Part shown: positions 38,261 through 52,659 of the stretch, piece after piece
Layout: every line of letters starts with the position of its first letter
Numbering within the stretch: position 1 is the first letter of the stretch
Source: Eledone cirrhosa
Taxonomy: Eukaryota
DNA length: 64,000 nt
Reading direction: 5' to 3'
Assembly (NCBI GenBank): GCA_964016885.1
Contig: OZ024741.1
Coordinates: forward strand, 381,672,001-381,736,000
Translations under genes and position numbers: made by a program
The notes under the pieces: model-generated
The model's input: the letters and a program-made list of their open reading frames with translations, nothing else
What the model was told of the DNA's origin: nothing
Databases searched by the model: none

Positions 38261-38265
<5 letters not shown>
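37835..38265. repeat. Near-perfect ~165-bp inverted repeat with ~100-bp spacer
   Basis: 37835-37998 is the reverse complement of 38100-38265, differing by one TA unit. Confidence 0.95.
37998..38040 (+). ncRNA. Minimal type-I hammerhead ribozyme
   Basis: ACGGUG-CUGACGA-UAGCU(AAUA)AGCUU-GAA-ACUAGU-A-CAUCGU; 6-bp stem I, palindromic ACUAGU stem III, GUA cleavage triplet. Confidence 0.85.
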
Positions 38266-38305
<40 letters not shown>

Positions 38306-38354
38306 AGTGTGTGTGTGTGTCTGTCTATGACTTGTGCATATATATCACAGACAC

Positions 38355-38409
<55 letters not shown>

Positions 38410-39340
38410 ACCACATACATATATATATATATATGCATACACACACAGACACAGTTATATATATATATATATACATACACACACGTATATATATCTGGAC
38501 TTTCCAGTTTCATTTCACATAACATTCATGTCTAGTTATTGAAAAATTATTGAACATGATTTTTATAAAATATTTTGAGGTGGAAGTGGCCCAATGGTTA
38601 ACGGGTGGTCTAGTAAACATTATATATCCGTCATTATTATAATCATCATCATCATGATGTTTAGTATCCTCAACATCATAATCATCACCGTATTTTATAC
38701 AGAGCTTACACTGCGGGGAACTTTATTCAACCGCTTTAAAGTGAAGACCATCATGGTTTTGCCATATTTGGACAGCATATCTTCGTTTACTATTAACCCA
38801 CATAAATGTTCTGTCAAGAGAATGACGTGGGCCTTTTGAGTTACACTGATGCTCGAATATATACACTCCACCATCCAATAATGACCACTCAGATTGCGTG
38901 TTGCTCAAATATTTTAGGCCATGCAGTAAATTATTTGTTCTACTGCTGGCTGATAATTTGATAAATGCTACCCTGCTTTCTTACTGTTCCCAAGTCGGAA
39001 GCCAGCCAGTATGACGTCAGGATCTAGTTATAAATCACGTCACCAAACTTAGTGAACGTACGAGTGTGTTCTACTGTCTCTCAGACTTCCATAAACACTT
39101 CATAATTTACACACTTCACAACCAGTATATTTTGCTTTGTCAAAACTTCATTACGTTAAAAACCGGACCTTTTCTAATTTAATGTTAATGAGAGCAGTAA
39201 CTATGCCATGACAGATATGTGGTACCATTGTGGACTGCAACATTTACTGACTTTATCTTCATCAGCAGTATCTGAACTCTTTTTAACATGCAATCAACAT
39301 CTATTTCAGGAACGCCCGGAAGCAACATATCCACGTACAT

Positions 39341-39404
<64 letters not shown>

Positions 39405-39563
39405 AGGAGGTTATAGTTCACTTGAAGCATTGTGTAATGAGGTATAAACGTTTGTATATGTATAATAAAGCCAAAACAATGCAGGTATGGACATAGAATA
39501 AAGAATGCAAATGCAAAAGATATTGTTAACAATTTGTCTTTTACCTTAGATTTATTTAAATGT

Positions 39564-39598
39564 CCTAAATTTTCGAGATAATATCTCTTCTTCAGAGG
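39564..39598 (-). ncRNA. Minimal hammerhead in PLE pLTR
   Basis: CCU-CUGAAGA-A-GAGAU(AUU)AUCUC-GAA-AAUU-U-AGG, at the expected position between the ORF end and the repeated ORF start. Confidence 0.75.
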
Positions 39599-40000
39599 GA
39601 ATAAAGTTGTCAGACGAGTGTTCTAAAAAGCTAGCCAAGTCATGCTGACAGGAAATGGTATAGAGTATCTGTTCTATCTCTAATTTCAAAGAGTTAAGAT
39701 TAGGTGGATAAAGAGTAGTCTCCCTTTAAGAGGGGTTTGTTTATGTTTTTTTGTTGTTTTTTTTGTACATGCCTGTTTAAGTGTGTGGGAGAATGCATGA
39801 AGGTGTAAGTATGTGAGTGTGTGTGTGTGAGTGTGAGAAGATATGTCTATACGTAAATGTGGGTGATAGATGTTATTTCGTGTTAGAACAGGTTTAGTGT
39901 GTGTATGTGTGAGAGAGAATAAGTGGAGGTGTAAGCGTGTGTGTGTGTGTGCGTGCGTGTGTGCGTGTGGGGGTGTGTGTAGATATGGGGCTAGAAGCTC

Positions 40001-42585
40001 TATAAAGTTATAAATTGGTTGTTGAGTTCTAGTCTATTATTAATTGGTGGTAGTGTTTTGTCTATAATTAGTGCTTCCTTAATTCTAAGATTGCCGAGGT
40101 TTCTTTCCTTAGTTTCTATTCTAACTGTTATGGTTTTGTCGGTGTTTTTGCATTTAACTAGGTGTTTCTTAAATGAGGAAGCGTTAGTATTGAGGTGTTC
40201 TTTTATTCTTATGTGGAGTGGTCTGGTGGTGCTACCTACGTAGAAGTTGTTGCATTTGTCACACTCTAGTCTGTATACGACGTAAGCCTGGTGGCATAGG
40301 TCTGTGTCGTTGATGGGGCAGTTGGCTAGTCTGCAGCAGTTGTCATGTCTGGTGGAGTGTCTTTTGGTTAGCTGACCGCGTAGAGAAGGACCTGAGTGGG
40401 CCAGTTGGATATCTAGTCCCTCTCGTCTGATAGCTCTGCGGATGGCTGTTGTTGTTTTTTCACTGAAGTGTGGGAGCTTCAGGAAGCAAGTGTTAGTGCT
40501 TCGGGTGTGGTGTCCTCTGTCTTTCTGGCACGGTTTGTGGTGGATGTCGTGTATCCGTTCAGTTTGAGTACTTCCAGGAAATGCGTGGTGTGTGTGTCTC
40601 GGTCTCTAGCGTCGGTGCATTTGTTCCGGATACGTGCCAGTTCGTTCCTTATGTATCTGAACTTGGCACCGAGTGGGAGGGCCGATCTGAAATGTACGAA
40701 CAGGTACCTGCTGGCGGCTTTTTTATAGAAGCAGGTGTGGATGTTGCCTTCCTCTGTTACCCTGAGTTGGAAGTCCAGCAGGGATAGGGATCTGCGGTCA
40801 TCGGGGTGTTCTATGCTGAACTTTATACTGGCGTCCATGCTGGAGAATGTTGTGTATATTTTATCTGCCTCCTCACGGGATGATGTAAGGATGAGTATGT
40901 CATCTACATATCGGGTGAAGAAGTTATGGGAATGGCAGGTGTTGAGGGCTCGGCACTCTAGCTGGTTCATGTAGGTGATGGCCAGCAGGCCCGATAGGCT
41001 GGATCCCATGGGTAATCCTGTTGTCTGTCTGTATGTGTGGTGGTGGAAGGTGAAGTACATGTTTTCTACTGTGAAGGACAACAGCTGGTGTATGTCTGTC
41101 GGGTGGAGGCCGTAGCAGTGGATGTCCTCTGCTACCACGCAGTCCGTCAATAAATCGACAGCTGGGTGAGCGGGGACTGTAGTGTAGAGGGAGACAACGT
41201 CGAGGCTAAAGGCGTAACTATTTAGTTTAAGTTGTTCTGGCTGGAGTCGGTGTTGTCTACGTATAACTTCGTCGGAGCTACTGACATGCCCGGGAAAGGT
41301 GGAGAGTAGAGGCTTGAGGACCTGGGAGAGGAGCCAGGAAATTGTGTATAGGGGTCCTTCTATGCTAGAGATGATGGGTCTTATTTGCGTATTAGTGCTA
41401 TTCTTGTGGGTCTTGATGAGGTGGTAGAAAGTGGGCAGTCTGCTATTTTCTAGTGGTGTAGTTGAGCTTAACTTTATTAGGGAGTTGTCTTCTCCTACAT
41501 ATATCGAACCAGATGGAGTTGGTCTGTTTTTCGATCTGGGCTGCGGTCATGTCCGGGATCTCTGTGTATAATTCATTGTCGCTTAGGTGTTCAAAGGCTA
41601 GGTTGTTGTATGTGGCTTGAGAGATGACGCAAAAATCTTTACCTTTGTCGGATGGTAAGTATATAAGTTCCCTATTCGGTAGTTTCTTCAGGGCGAGTTG
41701 TTGTGTCCTGAAGAGTGTTGGGGCTATCTTCTTCTGTTTCCGTAAGATGTTAAATACGGAATGTTTTAGCCTCGAGAGTTTTTCTTCAAGCTCGCGGTTG
41801 GCAGGCGGTGGACAGAGTGGGCGATCCAGTTGGTATATCGGGAATCTGGGTTTGATAGATTCCGTGGTGTTGTTAACGAGAGTCGATATCCATCTTAGTT
41901 GGTAGGCAGCCCGACAGAAATTCGTTTCTATGTCGAGCCATACTTTGTCGTCCAGTCTCTGTTTCAATATGAACTTGGGGCCAAGGTTGAGGAGGTCTAA
42001 TTCCTCTCGGGAGAGGGATCCTGTCAAGTCTGTGACGAGGCGTTTTGCGTCAGGTGTGTTGTTGGTCGGGGCGCCGCTAGGTTCGGTGTTGGTACCGTCT
42101 TGTTCGCCTCTGTTGGTGTTTAGAGTTGGGATGGTGTTAAGACAGTTGGCCGTCCTGAGTTTGAGAAATTTTTGCGTTAGGCGTATTTTCTCGTAGTCTC
42201 GGCGATGATGGTATGACCTGTCTATAGCGGCGGAGATGACTCTGGACAGAGGTTCTGGGGTTTCAGCGAGTTGTGGTACAAGGCTGGAAATAGTCCGTAT
42301 GTGTTGTTGTAGCGTGCGGTGTAGGTGTTGTATGAATTTTCTTAGGCAGAATGTTTGTATGTATTTAAGTGATCGTTTGAGGCCTGGTGATTTGAAGCAT
42401 GTTAGTAGGTGCAAATTTTTGATAGTTTTGGGGATGATGTTGTCATTCAGGCATCGTTTTAGGAAGTTTATTTGGCAGCCGGCTTTGGCGCGCTTTTCAG
42501 ATAGCTGGAAGAATTTCTTTACAGTTGTGAACTGGGCCTGGCTCAGGCGTAAGGAAAGGAGGAGGTTATAGTTCACTTGAAGCAT
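40001..42585 (-). pseudogene. PLE ORF (RT plus GIY-YIG endonuclease), with frameshifts and stops
   Basis: LNLGPKF, PSDKG, FSLDVVSLYT, GLPMGSSLS, RYVDD, VVYRLECDKCNNFYVGSTTRPLHIRIKEH. Confidence 0.9.
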
Positions 42586-42660
42586 TGTGTAATGAGGTAT
42601 AAACGTTTGTATATGTATAATAAAGCCAAAACAATGCAGGTATGGACATATATATATATA

Positions 42661-44160
42661 GGAACGAGTAGGACCCTGACGGCTGAGCTCAAGCCGTTTC
42701 GACGGCTAATTCTGGACTAAATGAAAATTGTTATCCTGGTATATGAATATCCGAGCTTCTCAGGGGGTAATTCCATATATGGTAAAAGTGATTGTCACAA
42801 AGATCGGTCAAAAGTTTGTTGTTGATACACATAGTTCTATCATAGCAATTTGTGGAAGGAAGGGGTAGCTGAACCTGCCAGTAGAAGAAAGGCGGAGAGG
42901 GGGTGGAGGAAACCCTGAAATGCGTTGATAGTGCCAACTGCAGCAGGGCAGGAGGTCAAGGAAGTATACTAGGGAGGGGGGAGGAAGTCGAAACAATAAG
43001 TAAAACAATATGGGTTAAATATATAGAAAAATACCGAGAATGTTAAAAAAACAATTAAATATATAAAAAAAACAAAAACAATTTCTGGTTACTATAACCT
43101 AAGGACAGCTATCAAGTCTCACACTGGTACTGCGAGACTAAAGAAAGGTTTACTAGGTGCGACGGAATTATAATGAGCCCCTTTTAAGAGGTAGTAGTAA
43201 TTAACCGAGTATATCTTACGGTGACGGTTCAACAAGTGGGGGGCCAAAATACTAAAGAAACTACCACGAAATAATAATTCAGATTCCCGAGACTAATACG
43301 AAATAATGGGTTCTACCCTAGGCACAAGGCCAGCAACCACCCAGTGCAAAAAATAAACTAATACAAAATAATAATTCAGAATCCCGAAAAAGAATACTAA
43401 TACTATCTTTAAGGGTGCCGCTACGATACAAAAATTCTAGTACTACAAACTACATAAATGCTCGTACGAAGTATATGTAAAATTTGATACGGAAAATTAA
43501 TTCAGAAATACCCCCCCCCCCAAAAAAAAAATACTGATATACGAGAAATTAAAGCAAAGATACCACTAAGAAATGTAGAAAGCACGGAAAAGGGGCAGCC
43601 ATCGGATAAGAAGGCAAGTGTCCAGGGTCTATCACATCTGCTATAAAAAGCGGAGTCGGCCAATTCTATCATAGAATAGGGGAAGGGGGTGGGGGTACTG
43701 AGGCTACAAAGGACCGAGGGGCTGCCTCGAGTGGGCGAGAAAGTGAAAAGGACGACGACGAAAAAAGAGGACTGGGTTGGAAGGAGTAGGGAGGGATGGG
43801 GTGAAGAAGGAAATATAGAGGAAGCGATAAAAAGATATAAAAGAAATCTTACGTCTACCTTTGCAAGCAGGGCTTACCCATTACAAAGTCGGCAAGTGGG
43901 GTGTTACAGCCCTTGTCTACCCCCCGGGTCATTATGGGGTTTGAGGGCCAGGTAAGTCCAACGCAATCTGTGTTTGCATCCAGTTACCATTCATCTTTCT
44001 TGTTTAGGAGTTGGTCCGTCGAAAACAGCATTTGTAAAGTTTCCTCCGAGCATAAATTGCACGGACGGCGTCCTCCCGTGTAAGAGTTGGCTCTGGACAG
44101 TAAGCTCCAAGTGAGATCATAGGTAATATTGTTATCCTTGAGGTTCCAGATGTGCCTTGT
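42661..44160 (-). mobile_element. 3' fragment of a second PLE type (endonuclease C-terminus plus 3' region with degenerate HHR at 42673-42768)
   Basis: Translation HIWNLKDNNITYDLTWSLLSRANSYTGGRRPCNLCSEE..LLNKKDE; GAAACGGCU..AGCCGUC half-hammerhead. Confidence 0.75.
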
Positions 44161-44504
44161 AAACGGTTACATATCTAAATAAATTACAATAAATCTTATT
44201 TTGAAAACTTCATTTCATTTAAAGAACCTAACATTATTAGAGAAATAGCATAATTGCAAAATAAAACAAATTTGAAAATGCATATTGATTTCTTGAAATG
44301 ATAAATGAATGACTAAACGACAAATAAGAGAAAGTATATTTTACCTAAACTTTCATAATGTGTTTTACCAGAATACTATTTTCTGCTAATTAATTTAAAT
44401 TTAGTAAATAATCGGATTTCCTAAGGCTATGAATATTATTGCCAGTATCTTTTAGAATAAAACTTCCGTTAATGTTTATTTACCAGCATTTTAAGATATT
44501 GAAA

Positions 44505-44712
44505 GTGGTGGTGTGAGAGAAACGTTGGTAGATGGGACGAACAACATTCCTAACAACATTCTACATGCTTTTGTTTAAAATCCCACCAATGTCACAGTTG
44601 CAGTCCATTCGTAGGTGGTCGATAATACAAAGTACTAGACAAGTACAGGTTTAGTTATCATCGATGTTCCTTTCATACAAATCCCTCGTATTGTACTTGC
44701 GTTAGAAACTAA
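44505..44712 (+). mobile_element. Old, diverged SINE copy
   Basis: TTTAAAATCCCACC, GTGGTCGATAATACAAAGTACTAG and TTGTACTTGCGTTAGAAAC resemble the SINE boxes. Confidence 0.5.
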
Positions 44713-45447
44713 TATATCTGTTAATAACTATAATAGCAGTCTGATAATGATACAATGGAGAAATAAGGCTTCTATTCAAATCCATTAGTCGTTTGTGTTT
44801 ATGTAAGCTAACCATAAAATTTAAGTTAAATCATAGTAAGTATCATTAAAGGGCTAGCGGACATTTGTAGCTATTTTCAGTCATAAATGAATTCTGTGAA
44901 AGAACACTTGCAGTTTCCAGATGTCAATCATGCCACACGGCCAGCAAATAATTTGCTTGAAAAAATGCAACTTTGATATTGAATTCTTCATTGCCAAGCT
45001 AAAAAATGATTCATACCACCAATCGAACCATTGAACTAATCAGATGACACACCGGTGAAAATCTATTTAAAATAAATACTTTTGTAAGTTTCAAACATTT
45101 TCAAGCTAAGCATGACAATATAACATGTGGTTAAATATAAAAAATTGAAATGTTGACATGGCATGAAGGATGATATATAATTCAAAGTGCACTTCAGTCC
45201 TGAGGATGGTAGTGTTAACTGATCTAGTTGTTGTCTATATACAACTAGAGAAAGAACCTACAAACCTATAATTGCAGATGGACCCATCCCTGGCCCGTTG
45301 GATAATATTGTATTAGACATTCCATGCCCGAATACATAACGGTATGTTTACTGGTGAAGTATATTTTATCATTCAACAGCTTGAGTAACAATAACAATAT
45401 AACACCAATACATATCCTCAGTTATGTATAAAATCAACTATCATTAT

Positions 45448-45633
45448 GTGGATTGGCAGTATCGGTAGAGGGACGATGCCATGCTTTGACGCATAGAGTA
45501 ACGGCCCTTACCATTCTGAGTTCAAATCCCGCCGATGTTAACTTTGCCTTTCATCCTTATGGGGTCGATAAAATAAAGTACCAGTAATACACTGGGTATT
45601 TGCTGTCCTTGTGCTTAAAGTAGAAACAATTAT
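45448..45633 (+). mobile_element. SINE
   Basis: Matches 16287-16472 along its length. Confidence 0.85.
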
Positions 45634-46749
45634 ATTTATCAACTATAGATATACTAATACATGCTTCGGAACTTTCATTAATTTCAGTTTAATTAAGGCT
45701 ATTTTATAATCCATATAAAGAATACATATTTCGGTCAGTCGATAAGCTAATGCATCTGCGTATGTAAACGAAATTTTAACTTATTATTATAACTACAAAT
45801 AACTTGGCTAATTTCGTTTTGGTTTGCAGGTGTAATTTCCAAACCCTTTATTAATTATATGATCACGTTCTGCTTGGACTCCTACCGTTACAAAATGTTG
45901 ATATAATATACTTATTTTCATTACTTGCTTCACTAACGTACGTGATTTAAAGGGAATTTGATTAAATCTGTTGCATGATCGATATTATATATAGTGTTAA
46001 TTGCTTTTACATCTCAAAGCTAATTTAATTGTAATAATTTGCATATTGTCAGTTACGTTATTCCTCGAAATATTTCACCCAAAAATTGATTATGGATGAT
46101 TTACTTTAAACAAATCCTATGGTGAAGTACAGGTGTTGTATAATTCCTTGCTGGAATAACAGAAATAAGGATGGTACAGTCAGACAATAAAGGAACACGC
46201 ATCTATAACTGATGATCAACAAAGTGTCTTAGAGATACGAAATGGAGATACATATTTGATAGTGTAATATTTGATACAAAATGACTTTAAATGAGTAAAA
46301 GTCATATACTCATAGCTAGAACATCATTGGTAATGGGTTTGCTCTGTTAGAGTCGACAAAAGATGAAACATTGAAAGGCACACTTAAATTACAAAATAAA
46401 TCCTACGTGCACTTGCCAACCGTCCATCCATTACTTCCCTTCTTGTAAACTATATACCCCGTGATGAGTGTCCTTTTCAAAAACATCAGTAGTAGCGCGC
46501 ACTAGAAAGTTCACCTAATATGAGAAAGTTGCCTGAAGAGCCAATTCTCCTCTTTAAGATATTAGTTTTGTCTTTACAGCGAAACTGCAGTTGGGATCAC
46601 GACATATTCGAGGTAATTCTTTATCTTAATTGTTTTAACTATTCATGATTACCATAATATAAACAATATGCAGGGACATTTGAAGAAATAATAAAGCAAC
46701 ACTCACCCAGTCACCCCTCCGTCCCAGCTACTCAGTTTACTCTTGCTGT

Positions 46750-47030
46750 AAATTTGTTCTTTGATGTTTGCGCTAATCGTTTTCACACATATTCCCCTCC
46801 CTTCAATAATGAAGCATTCCCCGCTCCGCTATCGATTCCCTTTGTCCTTCCTATACAAAATGCCAGTCAAGTAGAACATGGTGGATTTAGCTACATTCTC
46901 ACGGCATTCTATCCCTACACTACATAGCCCTTCTCTTGAATAAGCTTTGCAGATGTAAGTTTCCTCTTCATTGTGGAGAAGATTATTCAACTTTATATCC
47001 ATACAACCACGCCCTCACACCGTCTCTTCT
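46750..47030 (+). mobile_element. Probable decayed CR1/L2-type LINE 3' end
   Basis: Degenerate C-terminal pattern (PF.LPI..C.., F...TA.L...L, LQ..K) read across frameshifts. Confidence 0.35.
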
Positions 47031-47804
47031 CTTACCTTTCAATTTTCTCTTATGTTCAAATTCCGACAATCTAATTTCTAGTCTATATTGTAATTAAGGA
47101 ACTTCATATTAAATTGTCTGCTTAACAACCGAACTATATAATATAGTTATATTTGTATAGCGCACTTAATATATATCTTAATTAGCTACCAGCATAAATG
47201 CTAATGATATGGAAGTTAGTACGTCCATTTCAAGGTATTACTATAAGTGATGGGTTATAGAATATCCTCGTTTACGTACTTCCTACTGGGCGTATATATG
47301 ATATGTATGCATTTTAATGTATCTGTAACTAGGCTTGGAAACGTGTTAATGGTGTTTAGCCTTTACTCAGATCACAGGAAAATGCTTAGATTTGGCATAT
47401 TTACATGTCTATATACTAAAAACTGTGTATATTTAGGAACAACTCCAGGCATCCTCGGATATTCTATTATGTATAAACGTCACCATATACTTCGTCTTCT
47501 TAGCTCACAACTTAATGTATATGAAATAATTAAGTACTAGGTTAAAATAAATTCTCCAGTAGCATTACTGTGGGTGTCCTCCAATGATTAAATCCAGGAA
47601 AAATATTAAAAAATATCCTTTTTATGTTTATTCAAGAGGAAATATTAATATTCTTTTTATTAAAGAAATGCCCATTTCTCATGACAAATAAAAACTTTAT
47701 GATTAAGAAAGTTTCATTCCAATAATATATAAGTAGAGTAAAGCTGTGTGTTGCTATTGATAGTCAGAAGGTGACGAAAACGTAATTGATTTTGATAAAT
47801 AATA

Positions 47805-47930
47805 TGCAGCTGATATGATGGTGAGTAGGATGTTGCGCTCATAATCGTGGGTTCGATGCTGGTACCAGGCTGCGCGTTTTCACCTTGACGAAGTCATATT
47901 TATTTGACTCTAGTCTCCCCAGTTAGAGAA
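47805..47930 (+). mobile_element. Decayed tRNA-derived SINE of a different family
   Basis: GTGGGTTCGATGC B-box-like motif followed by CCTTGACGAAGTCA..TATTT. Confidence 0.4.
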
Positions 47931-48762
47931 CTATATTATTGAGATACTGGAGCCAAGCTCTATCCGCTTTTGCTTTTCCTTTGATCAATTTTAATCCCAT
48001 GGGTGACTGTTGCACTTTTATAACACATTACCCAGACTTTAGATACGAAGGGGAACATTTGAGCTTTAAATCCATAGTCAAGCTTGAGCGAAAAGACCTA
48101 TTTCATTTGCCGATCATGCCTATGTCCTATCCCTATGTTCATCCTTTCCGAAGATATCTATGAGCAAAATCAATCCCACCTTCATGAGTACATACTACAT
48201 TTAGACAGTTAAATCAAATAAGTCCATTTCTTATTCAGAGAATATTGTTATATGAGACAGTTGCTCCAACGCTGGCTATGATAGTAGGATTTAAAATGAT
48301 CAACTAAAAAGAATGTATAAATAAACCAGAGGCTCAGTTTACAAACGAAATTTATGAATTACTTTTCTCTTCAGTCACATTTTTTACAGTGATATAATTT
48401 CATTTGGCGTTTTGCTGATATAATATTGATAATATTAATATGATATAATATTAATATGATATAATATTAATATGATAATGTCAATTTTATCTGAATAATA
48501 ATATTTAGAATGTTTTTCTTCTGCTGATATATTTATAAAATAACGCATATAAAAGTACAGGTTTTAGATTTACTCACATTGAAGTGTTATACTGAGGCGT
48601 CTATAATATTAATATAAACGTTTCTTTCTATGACTATCTTTACTTATATTATCATGAAATCAATATTTGAATGTCTACGTTAAAAGGTGCATGCGTTGTT
48701 AGTTCTGAGATAATACACTCTCTTCATATCTCTCTTTCTCACCTCCCTTCTCTTTCCTATCT

Positions 48763-49653
<891 letters not shown>

Positions 49654-49706
49654 TAGATAGAGAGAGGGAGAGAGGATAAGAAAATGCGAAGTAGTTATAT
49701 ATATAT

Positions 49707-49769
<63 letters not shown>

Positions 49770-50973
49770 AGTGTGTGTGTGTGTTGTGTATGTGTGTGTG
49801 TTGTGTATGTGTGTGCGTATGTGTGAGTGTTTGTGCATATATACATATATGTAGATATATCTACACAATGTGGGGAGAAACAGAGAGATGTAAGGTTGTT
49901 TGATGTGCGTGTCGTTTTAGTAAACTTTGAAATTTAGATTCTGCTGTTAAATTACAATTGATATCCATCCTGTGATCTAAAAGCAAATATCAACTGGAAT
50001 AGTTTCAAAAGTTTCTGAAAGGAGGTTTACTAGATTTTCTGAAAAAACGTAATACTAGGATAGAGTTAGCTATGAAGTTTAAACATTTATTTACACTAAA
50101 TCCCTTCTGTATATCAATTGTTATCAATAAATACGGCTTTGAAAATATGCCATGTGTAAATATTTAACCCATCAACAAGAAGATAATATGTTGTATTGCG
50201 TGTTCTTGCTATTGTATACAACAACATGTAATCATTTCACTTTAAACAAAAAAAGTGTTTTCAAATTGTATATATTGCATGGCGTTCATATCATCACATC
50301 GGATACATGTCGGATACATATGAAGGTAATATTTGTCGATGATGGTTTTCGCGATGATGGTGGATATCATAACAGCAGGTTATTGGTAATGCTCTCATTC
50401 TGAAAATAAAAATGCATATCTCCTCTCCAAATATTTCGATATATCAATTGTTACTGATAAATACAGCATTGTAGATATTTTGAATGTGAATATGTATATC
50501 ATTAAAAAAGAAATAGCATATTTACATTGCCTCTTCATGAGGTGGCTCACATCAGCATATATTTGTTTAATTTTAAAATTGTTAAGCAGGTGGAAATTTA
50601 GCATCTAAAAAATATATTGTTTTCTTGAAGATGATTGTGTTGGCAAAGATGGTTATAATAGCAGCAGTTTATCTGTAATGTTTCTAACCTCTGCTGTGGC
50701 ATACATTGTATCTTTTTAAACATTCCAGTGGCATTGAAAAGGTTGTTCGAGCACTCATCATATGGGACATCCAGTATTTTCTCACTAAAATAATTCTTGA
50801 CATCAAAGTTGTTTAGCTGTCGTGTTCATTTCCTTCCAGTAATTCTTGAGCTAATTGTTATTAGTTTATTAAAATAGAATGACTTAGCAAGGTTAATTAT
50901 CTACATATTCTCTTAAGCATTTTTCACAGGTGTGAAAGTATTCTGTTTTTTGTTGTCATTATTACATACACAG

Positions 50974-51152
50974 AGTGGTGGATTTGCAGTCGGACGCCAT
51001 GCTTTGTAGCATAGAGTTGCGAACCTTTATGGTCTGAGTTCAAATCCCGCCGAGGATAACTTTGCCTTTGATCCTTACCGGGGCGATAACATAAAGCACC
51101 AGTAATGTACTGGGATAATAGCTGGCCTTGTGCCAAAAGTATAAAGAATTAA
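50974..51152 (+). mobile_element. SINE
   Basis: GAGTTCAAATCCCGCCGAGGATAACTTTGCC core and TTGTGCCAAAAGTA tail. Confidence 0.8.
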
Positions 51153-52096
51153 TTTATAGATGTGCGTTTGTTTTTATGTAAACAAGTAATTGGGTTTCCA
51201 TATCGCATGTGCAAAAATAAAATACACTAACGACAATAACGTTTGTTATAATTTCATTAGATGGAGAGGACTTTCACGTTACTATAACGAGAACGCGGTG
51301 GGATTTTAAAAGGGCATGGGATGTAACCACGGCTTCTTGGGATAATTAGATTGTATTAACATTCGACACGAACAAAATGAAAAAAAAATGGAAAGAATAT
51401 ATTATACGTTGTTGTAATTTCCGTGTTAATATACTTGTTTGATCAGTTCAGAATTACAAAAATGTATTTGCGTCTCACTTTTAGCCTAATCATCAATTAA
51501 CACTTGAACAAACTTTTAATCCTCTGCATTTCCAAATATGTGTAAACCATATATATAATTATAACTTCAGTATTATCGTACGTATCTACTGTTTATTAGT
51601 AACCTAGAATGAGGTTACATTTAAATTACATCAACAATTTAAATATATCCTTGGTAAAATAATCAGCAACAATGACATGAGGAATAAATACAACTGTAAC
51701 ATGAATTATAATGTAAATAAAATTAATAACATAAAACAGACCAATTCACAATAGAAACGGTATTTTATGAGTATATCAATAAATATATACATTCCAATCA
51801 TAAATACAAACACGATGGTATGCTGCAGCATGTCCATTACCATTATCGTTACGATATGGGGGAAAGTGGAAATGTTAGACTAAAACTATTAATAATATGT
51901 AGATATATCACAAGCAATAAAAACATACAATAGATTCATGTGCAGTGTAAGTAGTATAAATGTCAACGTCAAATTATTCCCAAAACATGAAATGGATAAA
52001 TTCGTTCAGATTTACATAAGGAGCAGTAACACCATCTTGCGGCACTTAGATGCACGTGCACACATACACACACAGAACTCCACCTATATATGTATT

Positions 52097-52214
<118 letters not shown>

Positions 52215-52563
52215 CATCTACGTAAGATAGGCCACCAGTTTTCTTTGAGAAAACAACACCATACTCCGGGACTGTTCATAACAAAAGATCGAAATAACAG
52301 AGGTAAACCGTGTTCCATCATTATGTTTGTCTGTTTTTTTCTATTCAAGTTCTAGCAGTCTGATAAAGTCATAACTGTTGAATATTGATTATCACTGAAA
52401 TATGTATAACAACATATATGAATAAACGAAGTAAATTTTAATCTGTTCACTTACAATTCTTGTTTTTATTAATTACTTCGGAGTAAACATACCTACCTGT
52501 GCACTTCGTTGAGTGCTCTACCCTACATACTGCAGTGTCGGTAACTAATCAGCCCATATTCAA

Positions 52564-52655
<92 letters not shown>

Positions 52656-52659
52656 ATTT

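Larger units (their letters stand above)
37330..38613 (+). mobile_element. Non-autonomous Helitron-like element, interrupted by the HHR fold-back
   Basis: Homologous to 23667-24300; ends CCCAATGGTTAACGGGTGGT-CTAG|T. Confidence 0.65.
39403..42650 (-). mobile_element. Penelope-like element, complete ORF span with pseudo-LTR terminal redundancy
   Basis: Identical 93-bp direct repeats at 39403-39495 and 42558-42650 include the ORF start. RT plus GIY-YIG; (TA)n flanks. Confidence 0.92.

Noticed and set aside
47935-48260. Possible decayed CR1-type RT fragment on the minus strand
   Set aside because: Only faint motif traces; too degenerate to support without a search.
48420-48478. Short 16-bp AT-rich tandem, and other repeats, as CRISPR-like arrays
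   Set aside because: No unique spacers and a eukaryotic context; simple minisatellite.
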